Assembly: GCA_963778655.1 (NCBI GenBank)
Contig: CAVZVA010000005.1
Location: forward strand, 816,679 to 880,678
Length of the DNA stretch: 64,000 nucleotides
Direction: 5' to 3'
Source of the DNA: an uncultured delta proteobacterium
GTDB taxonomy: Bacteria; Myxococcota_A; Polyangia; Polyangiales; JAFGIB01
Shown: in pieces, positions 32,292-41,673 of the stretch
Position numbering within the stretch: position 1 is the first letter of the stretch
Layout: the number at the start of each line of letters is the position of its first letter
The notes under the pieces: generated by a model
Seen by the model: the letters and a program-made list of their open reading frames with translations, nothing else
What the model was told of the DNA's origin: nothing
Databases searched by the model: none
Program-made: the position numbers and the translations under genes

Positions 32292-34667
32292 ATGTCGGGA
32301 GAGAATGAGCGTTCGATGACCGAATTGCCCGGGACCGGCCTGGACGCGTGGACCCTGCTCGGGGTTGCAGCACGCGAGCTCTTGCCTGTCGTGGTCGAGA
32401 TGGGGCCCGATCAGGCCAGATTCGCCTCATTCATCGCCTCCGTGGCCAAAGAAGGCGAACACGCGTACGCGGTGCTCGATCCGGTCGCCGCCGACGCGCT
32501 GCCGCCGCCGGGCGCGCCGTTCAGAATCGTGCCTGCGGACGGCGTTGCGGGCTGGGTCGTGACCGCGAACCGGCTCGAGCCAGACGGGCCGCGGCGCGCG
32601 CGCGTCGATCTGGCCGGTGCGCGCATCTTGCTCGAGCAGCCCGACAAGTCACACGCGGTGCAGATCACAGACCTGCTGGTATTGGTCGTGCCCGGCGGCT
32701 TGGACGGCAGCTCCTCGTACGTGTTTCCGGTTCAGCGCATCGGCGCGGACGTGTGCGAAGTCAGGACGAGCGTCGCGCTTGCGCCCGGATCCGAGATCGA
32801 GCGCGTGGAAATTGTCGGCGACCGCCGCCTGCTGCGCAGAGCTTCGGCGCAGGTGCTGCGTACAGTGCCCTACTACCTGGCCGATGGGGGTCGCAGCTTC
32901 ACCTCGCGCCTCAGTCTGAGCGACGAGCCGCAGGTTCCCCTGGACCAACCGCATGATCTGGTCACCGACTCCAAAGAAGTGCGGCGCTTGATCGAGCTCG
33001 CAGGCATGCTGCAGACCCAGGGCTGGTACGAAGCGCCCGGGTGGGGGCGGGGAACCCTGCGGCTGCTCGAGGCCGGCAAGGACAGCCTGCTGGTCGAGCT
33101 CGGCGCGGATCTTCCTGCCGGCGATTTGACGCGACGAAGTATCCGCATGGGATTCGACGTGTTTGCGGTGCCGTACGAGCTCGACGTGCGTGGCCTCGCC
33201 ATCGAGGGCGGGCGGCTGCGTGCGGCCCTGCCGCTGATCCTGCGCCGGCGCCGGCGCCACCGGCGCGACCACCGCGTGTCCGTTCTGCCTTCGCACGGCG
33301 TGGAGTTGAGCTTCCGCCACCCGGTGACCGGTGCGGTGAGCACGCATCCGGTGCGCGAGCTCTCGTTCTTTGGCGTGTGCTTCGAGTGCGAGCCGCAAGC
33401 CAGCGTGCTCTGGAAGGGTCTGCCGCTCGAGCAGGCTCAGCTCACATGGGGCAACCGTCTGGTCCACCTCGGCGACCTCGGCGTCGAGCACTACGGCTAC
33501 GACCAGGGGACCCAGGCGGTGCGCTGTGTCGCCTCGATCCCGCAGTCCAACGTGGCCGATGACCCCGACATGATCTCGTTGCTGGCCACCCTCGCTCACC
33601 CGCGCGTGCGCGCGCACGACGGTCGCGACTTCTCCGCACTGCACCGAACCTACGTGAAGGCAGGCCTGTTCGGCCCGCACATGCACCGCAACCTCGCGCC
33701 GATGCTGGAACAGATCGAGGGCGTCTGGCGCAGGCTGCACAGCGACGCCTCGGATGTCGCTCGGACCTTCGTGCACGGGCCGGAGAACGCCCCGGATGCG
33801 GCGGTCACCATCGTTCGTGCATGGGAGCACACATGGGTGCCGCAGCACTTCGTCGACATCAGCCCCGACATCAACGGCGCGACCGGTAGCCTGCAGACAG
33901 CCTACCTCGACCACCTCGTCCCACGACGAGATGGCCGATACCTCGTGTTCTTCGTCAAGACCGACAACAGCGTGATGAACGCCTACCTGAAACGGTTCTT
34001 TGCAGGCATGGGCACGCCCGACGCGGTGGCGAGAACCACGGTCGAGCTGTGGTCGCGACCTGCGGGTGCCGCCATGGTCAGCACCGACTCGACTGGGGTG
34101 ACCCTGCGGCCGTGCCAGGCGGCCGACGAGGTCGTGGTGGCCCGCGCGGCCGAGCGCGCGTTGGGCTCCTATGCGGCCGCGGCGCTGTCGCTCGTACCGG
34201 GCGAGCTGAGCCTGCCCGATTCGCGCGAGCGCTTCGGCAGGGCCATGCTGGAGCGGAGCCGAGAATGCTGGCTCGTGACCCGGGGCGATGAAATCGCCTA
34301 TGCGGTGCTCGAAGAGCGCGCGACGCCCGGTGTCAATCTGACCTGGATGCTCAACTCGACCTGGGTGGTGCCCGTTCATCCGGAGATCGATCGGGACGGA
34401 TCCCTGTTCGACGCAGCGCTGCGGTCGGTCGTCGAACGGCCTGCGCAGAGCGCGACCGGCGAGCGCTTCCTGAACCTCCCCGAGGGTCTCGATCACGCCC
34501 GGCTGCGCACCTGGGGCTTCACCAAGGAGGCATCCGTGTATCTCTACGCGCTGACGCGAGCAGGTCTCCACCGATTTCTCAGCTTCGCGGTCAACCGCTA
34601 CGGCGAGGTCGACGCAATGGCGCTCCGGCGCGAACGGCGGCGCGCCTTGAGCCCGCGAGGAACGTAG
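32292..34667 (+). CDS. Large PilZ-containing protein with putative C-terminal GNAT/acyltransferase-like region
   Basis: PilZ signature RRDHR...RELSFFG; C-terminal half reads as alpha/beta (AAVTIVRAWEHTWVPQHFV, YLVFFVKTDN). The GNAT call is inference from the architecture of myxobacterial PixB. Confidence 0.55.
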   Translation: MSGENERSMTELPGTGLDAWTLLGVAARELLPVVVEMGPDQARFASFIASVAKEGEHAYAVLDPVAADALPPPGAPFRIVPADGVAGWVVTANRLEPDGPRRARVDLAGARILLEQPDKSHAVQITDLLVLVVPGGLDGSSSYVFPVQRIGADVCEVRTSVALAPGSEIERVEIVGDRRLLRRASAQVLRTVPYYLADGGRSFTSRLSLSDEPQVPLDQPHDLVTDSKEVRRLIELAGMLQTQGWYEAPGWGRGTLRLLEAGKDSLLVELGADLPAGDLTRRSIRMGFDVFAVPYELDVRGLAIEGGRLRAALPLILRRRRRHRRDHRVSVLPSHGVELSFRHPVTGAVSTHPVRELSFFGVCFECEPQASVLWKGLPLEQAQLTWGNRLVHLGDLGVEHYGYDQGTQAVRCVASIPQSNVADDPDMISLLATLAHPRVRAHDGRDFSALHRTYVKAGLFGPHMHRNLAPMLEQIEGVWRRLHSDASDVARTFVHGPENAPDAAVTIVRAWEHTWVPQHFVDISPDINGATGSLQTAYLDHLVPRRDGRYLVFFVKTDNSVMNAYLKRFFAGMGTPDAVARTTVELWSRPAGAAMVSTDSTGVTLRPCQAADEVVVARAAERALGSYAAAALSLVPGELSLPDSRERFGRAMLERSRECWLVTRGDEIAYAVLEERATPGVNLTWMLNSTWVVPVHPEIDRDGSLFDAALRSVVERPAQSATGERFLNLPEGLDHARLRTWGFTKEASVYLYALTRAGLHRFLSFAVNRYGEVDAMALRRERRRALSPRGT

Positions 34668-34912
34668 CCGAGCGCAGTGCCGAAAACGCCATGCACGACC
34701 CGTTTTAGCTAGGAATGCGGGTGCTGTGCCCACAAGCGCTGACGTTTGCGCGCAGTTGGTGTTCGTCGAGCCCGGACCCTCGTGGTTGCAAGCCGAGCAC
34801 CCGGCCACTTAAGTGACCTCGGCCGTCTTCGTTCGACGGCGGTCTGGGCTACAGTTGGGCGAGCTGACTTGCCGCAACGTGCGGCGTCGCCGCACCTGGC
34901 CAGAGGCACCCG

Positions 34913-36319
34913 ATGTCGACGATGACCCAGACCCCGAGCGCAAACGTCGCACCCAAAGCGATCCCGGGGCCGTCAGGATTGCTAGCCGTTCCTCGTCTCA
35001 TCCGCCGCAACGTTCTTGATGCGCTGACGGAGCTCGTATCCAGCTATGGCAATGTGGTTGGCTTCCGACTTGGACCCACCCGCTGTGTGCTGCTGAGCCG
35101 TCCTGAACACTTCGAGCACGTGCTCGGCAGCGGCAGACACGACTTCGACAAGTCCCATCGCTCGAACCGCGTGAACCGCTGGGCGCTTGGAGAAGGCCTG
35201 CTGACCAGCGACGGGGAGCTATGGCACAGACAACGCAAGGCGCTCAACCCTGCGTTTCAACGCCGCCGGCTCAACGCCATGACCGACTCGATCGTGCGCG
35301 AGAGCCTACAGATGTTGGAGCGCTGGGGTGTCGCGGGCGGCGAGCTCGAGCTCGACGTCGCACGCGAGATGGCGGTGTTGGCGCTCCAGATCACCTGTCG
35401 CGCGTTGCTCGGCCTGGAGCAGCCCCAAACCTCCAACGGCTTTGCCCAAGACTTCGGGGTGCTACACGCAGAGCTATGGAAGAAGCTGTCCGCGCCGGTA
35501 CCGATTCCGCCCTGGGTTCCCACCGCGAGCAATCGCCGCTTCACGGAGGCCAAACGCGCCACGTACGACACCGTGGAGCGGATCATCCAGGACCGGCTCG
35601 CCAATCCGACTACCGGCGAGGACGCGCTGTCGATCCTGCTGAGCCCGAGCGACGACAACACGCGCATGAGCGACCAGCAGCTGCGTGATGAGCTGATGAT
35701 CCTTCTCACAGCGGGCCACGAAACGACCGCGAACCTGTTGACCTTTGCCTGGTATGCGCTGTCGAGCAATCCAGACGTCCGGCGGCGCTGGGAGGACGAG
35801 CTCACGTCGAGGCTGGCAGGCCGGCAGCCCGAGCTCGCCGACCTGGCAGGGCTCGCATACACGCGAGCGATCGTCGAGGAAACGCTTAGGCTGTATCCGC
35901 CCGTCTACGCCATCTCGCGATCGTGCATCAGGGACGTCGTCATCGACGGTTACACCATTCCCAGGGGCACCTATGTCATGCTCGGCGTATACCCGATGCA
36001 TCGCGATCCCACGTTATGGGATCGCCCGCTCTCGTTCGAGCCGGAACGCTTCCTGCCGGGCGCACGCGAAATCCCCACGTTCCAATACGTCCCGTTCGGG
36101 GCCGGTCCGCGGCGCTGCATCGGAGATCAGATGGCGCTGATGGAAGCGACGCTCGTCCTGGCGACGGTCGGACAACGCGTGCGCATCGACGGATGCCCGG
36201 GCTTCGAGCCCGTTCCCGAAGGCCGGCTCACGATGAGAGTCAGGGACGGCTTTCGTGCCCGAGCTCGGTTGCGCGAAGACGCAACGCAGACGCGCGAGAC
36301 GGGCAGCGCCTCGCCATGA
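34913..36319 (+). CDS. Cytochrome P450
   Basis: GLLTSDGELWHRQRK, AGHETT I-helix, EETLRLYPP (ExxR), FEPERF, PFGAGPRRCIG heme Cys. Confidence 0.97.
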   Translation: MSTMTQTPSANVAPKAIPGPSGLLAVPRLIRRNVLDALTELVSSYGNVVGFRLGPTRCVLLSRPEHFEHVLGSGRHDFDKSHRSNRVNRWALGEGLLTSDGELWHRQRKALNPAFQRRRLNAMTDSIVRESLQMLERWGVAGGELELDVAREMAVLALQITCRALLGLEQPQTSNGFAQDFGVLHAELWKKLSAPVPIPPWVPTASNRRFTEAKRATYDTVERIIQDRLANPTTGEDALSILLSPSDDNTRMSDQQLRDELMILLTAGHETTANLLTFAWYALSSNPDVRRRWEDELTSRLAGRQPELADLAGLAYTRAIVEETLRLYPPVYAISRSCIRDVVIDGYTIPRGTYVMLGVYPMHRDPTLWDRPLSFEPERFLPGAREIPTFQYVPFGAGPRRCIGDQMALMEATLVLATVGQRVRIDGCPGFEPVPEGRLTMRVRDGFRARARLREDATQTRETGSASP

Positions 36320-37266
36320 TGGACCGCAATGCGTACTCCGAGATCCGGGCGCAGCTCGACATGCGCCCGCGCCTGCTGCCGACCGCCGCCATCGTGGTGC
36401 TCGATGTGCTGCTGCTGCTTTGCGTGGCAAGAGCACTCCGCGCCGGAGGATTCTTTCTGTTCGTGCTGGCGCAGCTCATCCTCGTCGTGGTTTTCGTGCA
36501 CAACTTTTCGATCTTGCACGAGTGTGGCCACGGCAGCGCTTCGAGACATCGCTGGCTCAACACCTTGCTCGGACACTACGCGAGCCTCTTTTGCTTCATT
36601 CCGTTCTACCAGTGGAAGTACATTCATCAGAAGCACCATGCGTGGACCGGAAACATCGACCGGGACCCCGTGCTCAAGTCCTTGCGGACCTGGCGCCGCA
36701 CCGGCGTACCCATGTTGGTCCGCGTGAGCTGGAGAAGCTGGGTACCGCTTGGTGCGTTGCTTCAGCACGTCGTCTACTGGACCTACCCGATTGCGATGTG
36801 GCGCGCCGGCGAGATGACGCGGGTCCGCCTGTTTCGAACACTGATCTCCATTCTGTTCGTTCCAATCGGCTACATCGGACTGCACACGCTCGCGCCCGAC
36901 ATCGTGCGTCCGAGCAACGTTGTGCTGGCCTTCGGCCTGTACCTCATCGCCGAAGAGCTGGTGAACATCCCGCACCACGTCGACGTGTCGACGTTTCATA
37001 CCAAGCTGCCCATTTGGGAGCAGTACCAAGCGACGCGGTCCTGCTACTACCCCCCGGGAGTGGCCGAGCTGCTGGTACTGAATTTCAATTTCCACATCGA
37101 GCACCACCTGTATCCGGCATTGCCCTGGTATCGCCTGCGGCGGGCAAGAACCCTGGTCAAGGCCCGCCTCGGCTCGGACTATCATCAGGCCGTCGGGATC
37201 GCGTGGAACGTCGAGCACCGCAAGCGGGACATGCAGAGCATTGTGGACAACTATCAAGTGCAGTGA
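36316..37266 (+). CDS. Membrane fatty-acid desaturase family protein
   Basis: ATGA overlap with P450; His boxes HECGH, HQKHH, HIEHH; TM segments. Confidence 0.93.
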   Translation: MMDRNAYSEIRAQLDMRPRLLPTAAIVVLDVLLLLCVARALRAGGFFLFVLAQLILVVVFVHNFSILHECGHGSASRHRWLNTLLGHYASLFCFIPFYQWKYIHQKHHAWTGNIDRDPVLKSLRTWRRTGVPMLVRVSWRSWVPLGALLQHVVYWTYPIAMWRAGEMTRVRLFRTLISILFVPIGYIGLHTLAPDIVRPSNVVLAFGLYLIAEELVNIPHHVDVSTFHTKLPIWEQYQATRSCYYPPGVAELLVLNFNFHIEHHLYPALPWYRLRRARTLVKARLGSDYHQAVGIAWNVEHRKRDMQSIVDNYQVQ

Positions 37267-37277
37267 CGGATCGAACG

Positions 37278-38174
37278 ATGCTACAAACGCAAGCGACATC
37301 CGCCGAAGCGGCCCCCGCGCGTACTGCCGAACACCCGGCGATCGATCGGCTGCCCTACCGCGAGATCGCTCGGTTCTACGAGCGTTACTATCGTACCAAC
37401 ACGCCGGTGGTGATCGAAGGGATCCGAGAAGTTAGGCCGCTCAAGATCTTCCAGTGGTCCGCACGCTATTTCATGGACGTGATGGCCGACGCGACGGTTC
37501 CCGTGATGACCACCGCGACCGGGTTCTTGAGCTATGAACGCAACGTCTCGCCCATGCGGTTCGGAGACTTCTTCGAGCGCTCCTTCGGCTCTGGGCCGAA
37601 ATCCAGTCTGCGCTACTACTACAAGAACCCGGTGCAGCTCCTTCCGGATGGGCACGACGACAGCCTGCAGCTGACCGAGCTCGCGCCCTATCTGCGCAAG
37701 GCCGTGATGCGCAACCTTTGGATCTCCGGGCCCGGCATCACCGTGGGACTTCATTTCGACGCCGCCGAGAACTTCAACTTCCAGCTTCGAGGCGCCAAGA
37801 CCTTCGACCTCTACCCGCCGGGGGTGCGTGCCTACTACCCGTTGCCGATGTTCTCGCAGACGGCACACATGAGCGGGGTGTTTCGCAATGGTCCGAACCC
37901 GGACCTGCGCAGTTTTCCGCGCTTCGATCCGTCGCGACGACTGCGCGTCGACATGCGTGAGGGGGATGTACTCTATCTTCCGGCGTACTGGTGGCACCAG
38001 GTGGAGTCGTTCGCGGACGAGAACGTGAATCTGAATTTTTGGTGGCTGCCCGGTCCGAAGAAGCAGCTTCGCAATTGGAATCAGGCGCTGCGAGGGCACG
38101 CGCAATTGGCGATTCGGTACCTACGGCTGGGCTCCATCGTCAAGGCGCCTCCCGAGAACGCCCGAGGACGGTGA
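37278..38174 (+). CDS. JmjC/cupin-8 Fe(II)/2-oxoglutarate oxygenase
   Basis: NTPVVIEG, NLWISG, LHFDAAENF (HxD), GAKTF, GDVLYLPAYWWHQVES. Confidence 0.93.
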   Translation: MLQTQATSAEAAPARTAEHPAIDRLPYREIARFYERYYRTNTPVVIEGIREVRPLKIFQWSARYFMDVMADATVPVMTTATGFLSYERNVSPMRFGDFFERSFGSGPKSSLRYYYKNPVQLLPDGHDDSLQLTELAPYLRKAVMRNLWISGPGITVGLHFDAAENFNFQLRGAKTFDLYPPGVRAYYPLPMFSQTAHMSGVFRNGPNPDLRSFPRFDPSRRLRVDMREGDVLYLPAYWWHQVESFADENVNLNFWWLPGPKKQLRNWNQALRGHAQLAIRYLRLGSIVKAPPENARGR

Positions 38175-38175
38175 C

Positions 38176-38634
38176 ATGCCGACTCTTGCCGGCTCGTTAG
38201 ACCTTCGAAAACTGGCACTGCTTCGCTCTGCCTACGTGGCTTCGGAGATGGCCTCGGCGAACGTGCGGGGAATCGGCGAGCTGGCGCCGGACCTGGAGAG
38301 GTGGAACGCGGAAATCGCGAGGACCTTCTACGGGTCGGGGGGACCGCTTGCCCCGGTGAACCGCGAGCGCTGCCTGGTGACACTGCTTGCACACACGGGT
38401 CCGTTGCTGCCGTTCGGCGTGCACGTGTATTGGGGGCTCATGGAAGGCCTTACCGTCGAGGAGCTCTGCCAAATCGTGGGATTGGTGGGTTGCTACGGCG
38501 GGCTGCCGAAATGCGTGCAGGGGCTCCTGGCACTGGACAAGGTGCTCGGCTTGTTGGACCGAATGACCGGCGACGTCGCGCCCCGCGCGCAAGAGGTGCT
38601 CCGAGGGCTGGTGACGGAGCTCGGTGGCCACTAG
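38176..38634 (+). CDS. Carboxymuconolactone decarboxylase/AhpD-like protein
   Basis: RERCLVTLL...VHVYWGLMEGLTVEELCQIVGLVGCYGGLP matches the CMD-family pattern. Confidence 0.7.
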   Translation: MPTLAGSLDLRKLALLRSAYVASEMASANVRGIGELAPDLERWNAEIARTFYGSGGPLAPVNRERCLVTLLAHTGPLLPFGVHVYWGLMEGLTVEELCQIVGLVGCYGGLPKCVQGLLALDKVLGLLDRMTGDVAPRAQEVLRGLVTELGGH

Positions 38635-38654
38635 AGAAGGGCGAGGATTTTCGG

Positions 38655-41501
38655 GTGGATCTGCAGGCATCGCCGAAAGAAGTAGAGGTGTTCCGCCCGG
38701 AGCTACAGGCGTTCGGAACGAAGGCGATCATCGACGAAGCGGTCGAGCAACTGGGTCGCGACGTCGTCGTGGAAGTTCTCGGGCGATACCGGGTGACCAC
38801 GCCGGATCTCAACGATTCCAGCGCTTGGGTGTCTCTGGCATTCGTGGAGGCGCTGCTTCAGGACTTCATTGAACGCAGCGGCGACGAGGCGTTTCTCGAC
38901 CGCGCGGCGTTGCGAGGGATGACGCCGAAGTACCTCGGAGCGCTGTACCCGCTGTTGTTTGCCCTCGGCACGCCGGGCTTCACCTATCGGCAGCTCGCGA
39001 GGGTGGCTCACCGCGTCAACAAGACCGGGACCTGGGAACACGCGACTGTGGGGGAGGGGCAGGTCCGGGTCGCGTGGGTGCCAAACAGGTCGGCGAGTCA
39101 GGAGGCTCGCCCGTTTCTGTGTCGTTTTCGGGTTCTGCAGTTGACCAGAATCCCGGTGCTGTTCGATCTGCCGCCCGCGGAGGTACGGCACGTGGAGTGT
39201 GTGCACCACGGGTCCCCATCGTGTGTGTACGAGGTTCGATTCGAGGAGCGTGGCCGAAGCGCCGGCGCGCTCTTGGGGCTGGCGTTGGGGGGGTTGCTCG
39301 GCGCGACCCTGGGGGTCGCCGAGGGCCTGCCACTTGCGCTGCTCTCGGTCTTGGCAGCGGGCTCGGGGTTGGCCGTTTGGGGCGTGATCCGAACCTACTC
39401 GCTCAGGCAAGATCTCAGGAGAAGAATCCAGGACATCGCGGAGCACAACAACGCCCTGGAACGGGTGACTCGAGCCAACGAGCAACGGTTCGAGGAAGTG
39501 GTGCGCGCCAAGGCCGAAGTCGAGCAGAGGGTCGAACAACGGACCCTTGAGCTGCGAGAGGCGAGCCAACGGTTGTCGGAGACGCTGGAGGAAGTGCAGG
39601 CGCTCGACCGCGCCAAGACCGATTTCTTCAACAACGTTTCGCACGAGCTGCGCTCGCCGCTGACACTGATCTTGGCGCCGCTCGAGGAGCTGGTGGCGGG
39701 GCGGACGCCGCCGGGCGGAGAGCGAACGGCTTTCGAGGGGATGCACCGCAATGCGGTGCGGCTGCTACGGCTGATCAATCAGCTGCTGGATCTGGCGAAG
39801 ATCGACGCAGGAAGGATGAAGATCGCGCCGAGCCCCGCGGACTTGATCGGGCTCGTGCGCGGGACACTGGCCGGCTTCGAGGCGGCGGCCGCGAAGAAGG
39901 GTGTGGCGCTACAGATCGAGGCCCCGCCGAGCATGCCCCCCGTAGTGATCGACGCCTCGTGGATCGAGTCGGCAGTGACCAATCTGGTGGCCAACGCGCT
40001 GCGTCTGACCCCGCGCGGCGGCGGGGTGCGGGTGACGATCGAGGACCACGGCAGCGAGGCCTCAATGGCGGTGTCCGATGACGGACCGGGAATCGCAGCC
40101 GAGGACCAGCAGAAGGTCTTCGAGCGCTTTGCGCAGGGGGATAGCACCAAGCGCGTCGTGGGCGGTACCGGGATCGGCCTGGCGCTGGTGCGTGAGGCTG
40201 CGCGCCTGCACGGCGGCGACGTCAAGCTGGTGTCGGAGCTGGGCCAAGGCGCGACCTTCACGCTGACTCTGCCGCGGCGGCCGGATCAGCCGGCGACGAT
40301 CCGGCCAGCGGAAGCCAAGGGCCCGTCGTGGCGCCCACCTGCGTCGATCGTCGATGAGTTCAGCGAGGAGACGGAAACCGGCGACCGTCCAGGGCCTGCG
40401 GCCAATGCCGCGCTCGCCCTGGTCGTCGAAGACAACGCCGAGCTGCGCGAGTTCATCGCCAACGTGCTTGGCGCCCGCTACCGGGTAAAGACTGCGAGCA
40501 ACGGCAAGCTCGGCGTCGCTCTGGCGCTCGAGCTCAAGCCGGACGTGGTGATCAGCGATGTCGCCATGCCGGAGATGGACGGCTATCAGCTCTGCCGCGC
40601 GCTGCGCGCGGAGCCTGGTACCCGCGCGACGCCGATCTTGCTGGTCACCGCGCGCACGGAGGTCGCCAGCGTGCTCGAAGGCTTCGAGGCGGGCGCCAGC
40701 GATTACGTGCTCAAGCCGTTTCACGGCCGCGAGCTGCTGGCCCGCGTGGACGTCCACGTCAGGCTGCGGCGCATTATGCAAGAGATGGCCGTGCAAGAAC
40801 GCCACGCCACGCTTGGGGTGCTGGCGGCTTCGGTCGCGCACCAGGTGCGCAACCCCCTAACCACGCTGGTCAGCGGCTTACCCGCCATGCGCACCAAGAT
40901 CGGCGGCACCGTGCCTGAATCGACCCGCAAGCTGATGGACGTGATGGTCGACTGCGCGCAGCGCATCGAGCGAATGACCATCGACTTGATGGACCTCTCG
41001 CGCGTGGATCGCGAGGCAGGCGGGGACTACACGCCGTCGGACGGCTTGCGCTCGGCGATCCGGCTGGTAAGCGCGAGACTATCGCCTTCGGTCACACTGT
41101 CCGAGCGAATCGAGGACGCGCCGGAGGTCCACGGACGGCCGGGAGACATGAACCATGTCTTTCTCAATCTGCTCGACAACGCCGCGCGCGCCGTGGGCGA
41201 CACCGGCGCGATTCGGGTCGAGGCGTCGATCGTCGACGGCATGTACGTGGTCGGGGTGGACGACTCCGGGCCGGGCATCGACCAGGAGACGGCCGAGCAC
41301 ATCTTCGAGCCGTTCTTCACCACCCGCCCCGCTGGGGAAGGCACCGGACTGGGGCTCGCGGTGGCGCACCAAGTATTGATGCAATGCGGTGGGGACATTT
41401 CGGTGAGCCGTTCCGACCTCGGGGGCGCGCGGTTCACCGTGAGGATTCCCGTGGGGCGGAGAACCTCGCTCGTGGCGCCCGCGCACCCAACCATTCAGTA
41501 G
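38655..41501 (+). CDS. Hybrid sensor kinase: V4R/H-NOX-like sensor, TM hairpin, HK-REC-HK
   Basis: GTG after GAGGA; FLC...VRHVECVHHGSPSCVYEVRF V4R-like motif; NNVSHELRSPL; REC ISDVAMP; second H-box SVAHQVRNPL and second HATPase. Confidence 0.9.
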   Translation: MDLQASPKEVEVFRPELQAFGTKAIIDEAVEQLGRDVVVEVLGRYRVTTPDLNDSSAWVSLAFVEALLQDFIERSGDEAFLDRAALRGMTPKYLGALYPLLFALGTPGFTYRQLARVAHRVNKTGTWEHATVGEGQVRVAWVPNRSASQEARPFLCRFRVLQLTRIPVLFDLPPAEVRHVECVHHGSPSCVYEVRFEERGRSAGALLGLALGGLLGATLGVAEGLPLALLSVLAAGSGLAVWGVIRTYSLRQDLRRRIQDIAEHNNALERVTRANEQRFEEVVRAKAEVEQRVEQRTLELREASQRLSETLEEVQALDRAKTDFFNNVSHELRSPLTLILAPLEELVAGRTPPGGERTAFEGMHRNAVRLLRLINQLLDLAKIDAGRMKIAPSPADLIGLVRGTLAGFEAAAAKKGVALQIEAPPSMPPVVIDASWIESAVTNLVANALRLTPRGGGVRVTIEDHGSEASMAVSDDGPGIAAEDQQKVFERFAQGDSTKRVVGGTGIGLALVREAARLHGGDVKLVSELGQGATFTLTLPRRPDQPATIRPAEAKGPSWRPPASIVDEFSEETETGDRPGPAANAALALVVEDNAELREFIANVLGARYRVKTASNGKLGVALALELKPDVVISDVAMPEMDGYQLCRALRAEPGTRATPILLVTARTEVASVLEGFEAGASDYVLKPFHGRELLARVDVHVRLRRIMQEMAVQERHATLGVLAASVAHQVRNPLTTLVSGLPAMRTKIGGTVPESTRKLMDVMVDCAQRIERMTIDLMDLSRVDREAGGDYTPSDGLRSAIRLVSARLSPSVTLSERIEDAPEVHGRPGDMNHVFLNLLDNAARAVGDTGAIRVEASIVDGMYVVGVDDSGPGIDQETAEHIFEPFFTTRPAGEGTGLGLAVAHQVLMQCGGDISVSRSDLGGARFTVRIPVGRRTSLVAPAHPTIQ

Positions 41502-41673
41502 CGACACGGTTCGCCGCGCCCCGGAAACAGTCAGACGCGTATCCATGCGCCGAATTGTGGGCAGCGTATTGTGCTCGAGCGCACGACGATCCAAATTGCG
41601 GGAGGTGCACACGCGTTCCCCCATGGAGTTGACCCGCTTTGCGGGTGTCACTCCATGCATCCTGGAGTGGTAG

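Noticed and set aside
35923..38301. Apparent long N-terminal extensions or fusions in ORFs starting at 35923, 36255 and 38301
   Set aside because: Extensions overlap real upstream genes in other frames; coupled starts at 36316, 37278 and 38655 fit better.
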